Below the pieces are notes generated by a model that was not told the DNA's origin, did not search any database, and saw nothing but the letters and a program-made list of their open reading frames with translations. A stretch of DNA of 64,000 nucleotides from a virus (taxonomy: Duplodnaviria; Caudoviricetes), in IMG/VR virus record IMGVR_UViG_3300041413_000047, positions 1-64,000 of that record; one strand, written 5' to 3'. The position numbers were made by a program, and so were the translations under genes. Shown piece after piece: positions 62,653 to 64,000 of the stretch (position 1 is the stretch's first letter; each line of letters starts with the position of its first letter).

Positions 62653-63234
62653 TCAGGAGCGTCGGGCGTCGCCGTGGTCGGGTAGGCCTGCGGAGTTCCG
62701 TCCGTGGTGGTGCCAGGTCCAGGACCGTCGGGGCAGGTGGACGATCTTCGCTCCGGCGGCGATGCAGCCTTTGGTGAAGAGGAAGTCTTCGCCTGCGACT
62801 TGGACGGTGGGGTCGGCGATGAACCCGACGGTCTTCGCGAGTTCGGTGCGGACGAGGATGGTGATGGTCGTGCTGTTCGGGCATGCGGGGTCGAAGGGGC
62901 GGCCGTAGAACATGGGGAAGGGGTCGGTGCCGCCGACGACGCGGAACCACGGGTACACGTAGTCCGCGCCCGTCTCCTTGGCGTGGGCGAGGAGGTGTTC
63001 GATGTGGTCGGGGTCGAGTTCGTCGTCGGAGTCGAGGAACGCGGTCCACTCCGTGTCGACGAGTGCGAGGCCGTGGGCGCGGGTGATGGCGGCGCCCACG
63101 TGGTGGATGTCCTCGGCGAGGATGTGCTCGACGGGGACGGTCTGCGCGCGGACGGAAGCGGCGGCGCGTTCGAGCATGCCGTTGGTCTGGCGCTGGGTAT
63201 GCCACGGCGTGACCACGCTGACGCCCGGCTTCAC
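62653..63234 (-). CDS. GT-A (GT2-like) glycosyltransferase
   Basis: VSVVTP, FLDSDD (DxD), GEDF; GTGA coupling. Confidence 0.88.
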   Translation of the reverse strand: MKPGVSVVTPWHTQRQTNGMLERAAASVRAQTVPVEHILAEDIHHVGAAITRAHGLALVDTEWTAFLDSDDELDPDHIEHLLAHAKETGADYVYPWFRVVGGTDPFPMFYGRPFDPACPNSTTITILVRTELAKTVGFIADPTVQVAGEDFLFTKGCIAAGAKIVHLPRRSWTWHHHGRNSAGLPDHGDARRS

Positions 63235-63581
63235 GGCGTGCTCTCTGGTGAACCGATGGGGCCTTTCGGTGACTCGATCACGTAGGCGCCCTGCCGCAGC
63301 CCGTGCGCCTCGGCGGTGTAGCCGTTCGTGGCCCATTCGTCCGCGACTTTCCGCTGCTGCTCCAACAGGTCGCGCGTGAACGCGTCGCGGAACTCTTCCA
63401 TCAGCTTCGCCGCATTCGCCTCTCCGGCCAGCCGGTTCAGAGTCGGCATCAGGCCATCCCGCAGCGCGTCGCGTCCGATCTCCAGTGCCACTTCGTCACG
63501 GTGGGCGTCGATGAGGGCGTTCTTCTCCGCCGCCGACCGCTGGTCCCAGATGTCGTTGAACAGCGCGTCGCGTGCGCTCAT
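63231..63581 (-). CDS. Hypothetical helical protein
   Basis: ATGA/GTGA coupling on both sides. Confidence 0.6.
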   Translation of the reverse strand: MSARDALFNDIWDQRSAAEKNALIDAHRDEVALEIGRDALRDGLMPTLNRLAGEANAAKLMEEFRDAFTRDLLEQQRKVADEWATNGYTAEAHGLRQGAYVIESPKGPIGSPESTP

Positions 63582-64000
63582 CGCGGCGTCCCCTTCCAGT
63601 GACCTTCCCAGCCGTCTACGACTTCGAGCTCCAGCGTCTGCCACAGCCGGATGCCGTAGTCGGCGTTCGCCGCGAACAGGCCGTCGAAGTAGTGGAACGA
63701 CTCCTTGCACCAGTAGCTGACGTGGGTGGGGTCGGCGATCGCATGCCAGGTGCCGACCATGAGCGGCACGATGATCTCGAACACGCCGCCCGGTCGGAGT
63801 ACGCGGTGCGCTTCGTTCATTACGTCGATGCGTTCCTGTCCGGCCGGGATGTGCTCCATCACGTGGCTCGCGCGGATCGCGGACACCGTGTTGTCGCCGG
63901 TCGGCCACGGGGTGTCCTGCGCCATGCGTCGCCACTCCCCAGCCCCGTTACGGGAGTCGAGGTTGACCCACCCGGGCTGGACGAGGGTGCCGCCGCCTAT
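63578..64000 (-). CDS. Class I SAM methyltransferase, 5' end beyond the window
   Basis: IGGG...GWVNLD; ASHVMEH; HRVLRPGG; DPTH. Confidence 0.85.
   Translation of the reverse strand: MGGGTLVQPGWVNLDSRNGAGEWRRMAQDTPWPTGDNTVSAIRASHVMEHIPAGQERIDVMNEAHRVLRPGGVFEIIVPLMVGTWHAIADPTHVSYWCKESFHYFDGLFAANADYGIRLWQTLELEVVDGWEGHWKGTPR

Larger units (their letters stand above)
1..64000. mobile_element. Temperate actinophage (Streptomyces-type siphovirus) genome segment in attP configuration
   Basis: Terminase-portal-capsid-tail-lysis block, integrase/repressor cassette and replication/recombination arm; tightly packed genes with ATGA/GTGA overlaps; no housekeeping genes seen. Confidence 0.95.

Noticed and set aside
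1-64000. Hundreds of long Arg/Pro/Ala-rich overlapping ORFs in the six-frame track (e.g. 52671-55643 +, 45821-47749 +, 6750-8504 +)
   Set aside because: Shadow frames of high-GC coding DNA, antisense or out of frame to well-supported genes

Overview
The whole 64 kb is one high-GC temperate siphovirus genome of the Streptomyces/actinophage type; I see no host genes. The left arm (1-28.6 kb, mostly minus strand) carries early genes: Cro/Xis-like regulators, two antirepressors, RecE-like exonuclease, putative annealing protein, DnaQ-like exonuclease, HNH nucleases, RuvC, a C5 cytosine methyltransferase, a second SAM methyltransferase, WhiB, a replication initiator with internal iterons, a PAPS-reductase-like enzyme and many small mosaic ORFs. 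The centre has the repressor, a tyrosine integrase and an att core equal to the 3' half of tRNA-Val(TAC) with phage DNA on both sides, i.e. attP configuration. An accessory block follows (31.4-38.7 kb). The late operon is on the minus strand (64 to 36.5 kb): methyltransferase, GT2, terminase, DUF1360-like protein, portal, head fusion protein, capsid, tail, tape measure, sialidase, amidase, holin, GT-B glycosyltransferase and a collagen-like protein. The most unusual signals are: (1) a 99-nt tRNA-like RNA with a very long variable arm and a non-canonical anticodon loop just upstream of the portal gene; (2) a 2H-phosphoesterase domain fused to the MuF-like/maturation-protease head protein; (3) an exact 12-bp motif (CCGGAATGATCT) upstream of four late starts, one of them internal to that fusion; (4) an apparently intact GH33 sialidase in the tail-tip position; (5) a split glycosyltransferase/methyltransferase set. 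All product calls come from motifs read by eye, not from database searches, and several start codons were re-chosen from RBS/overlap context.
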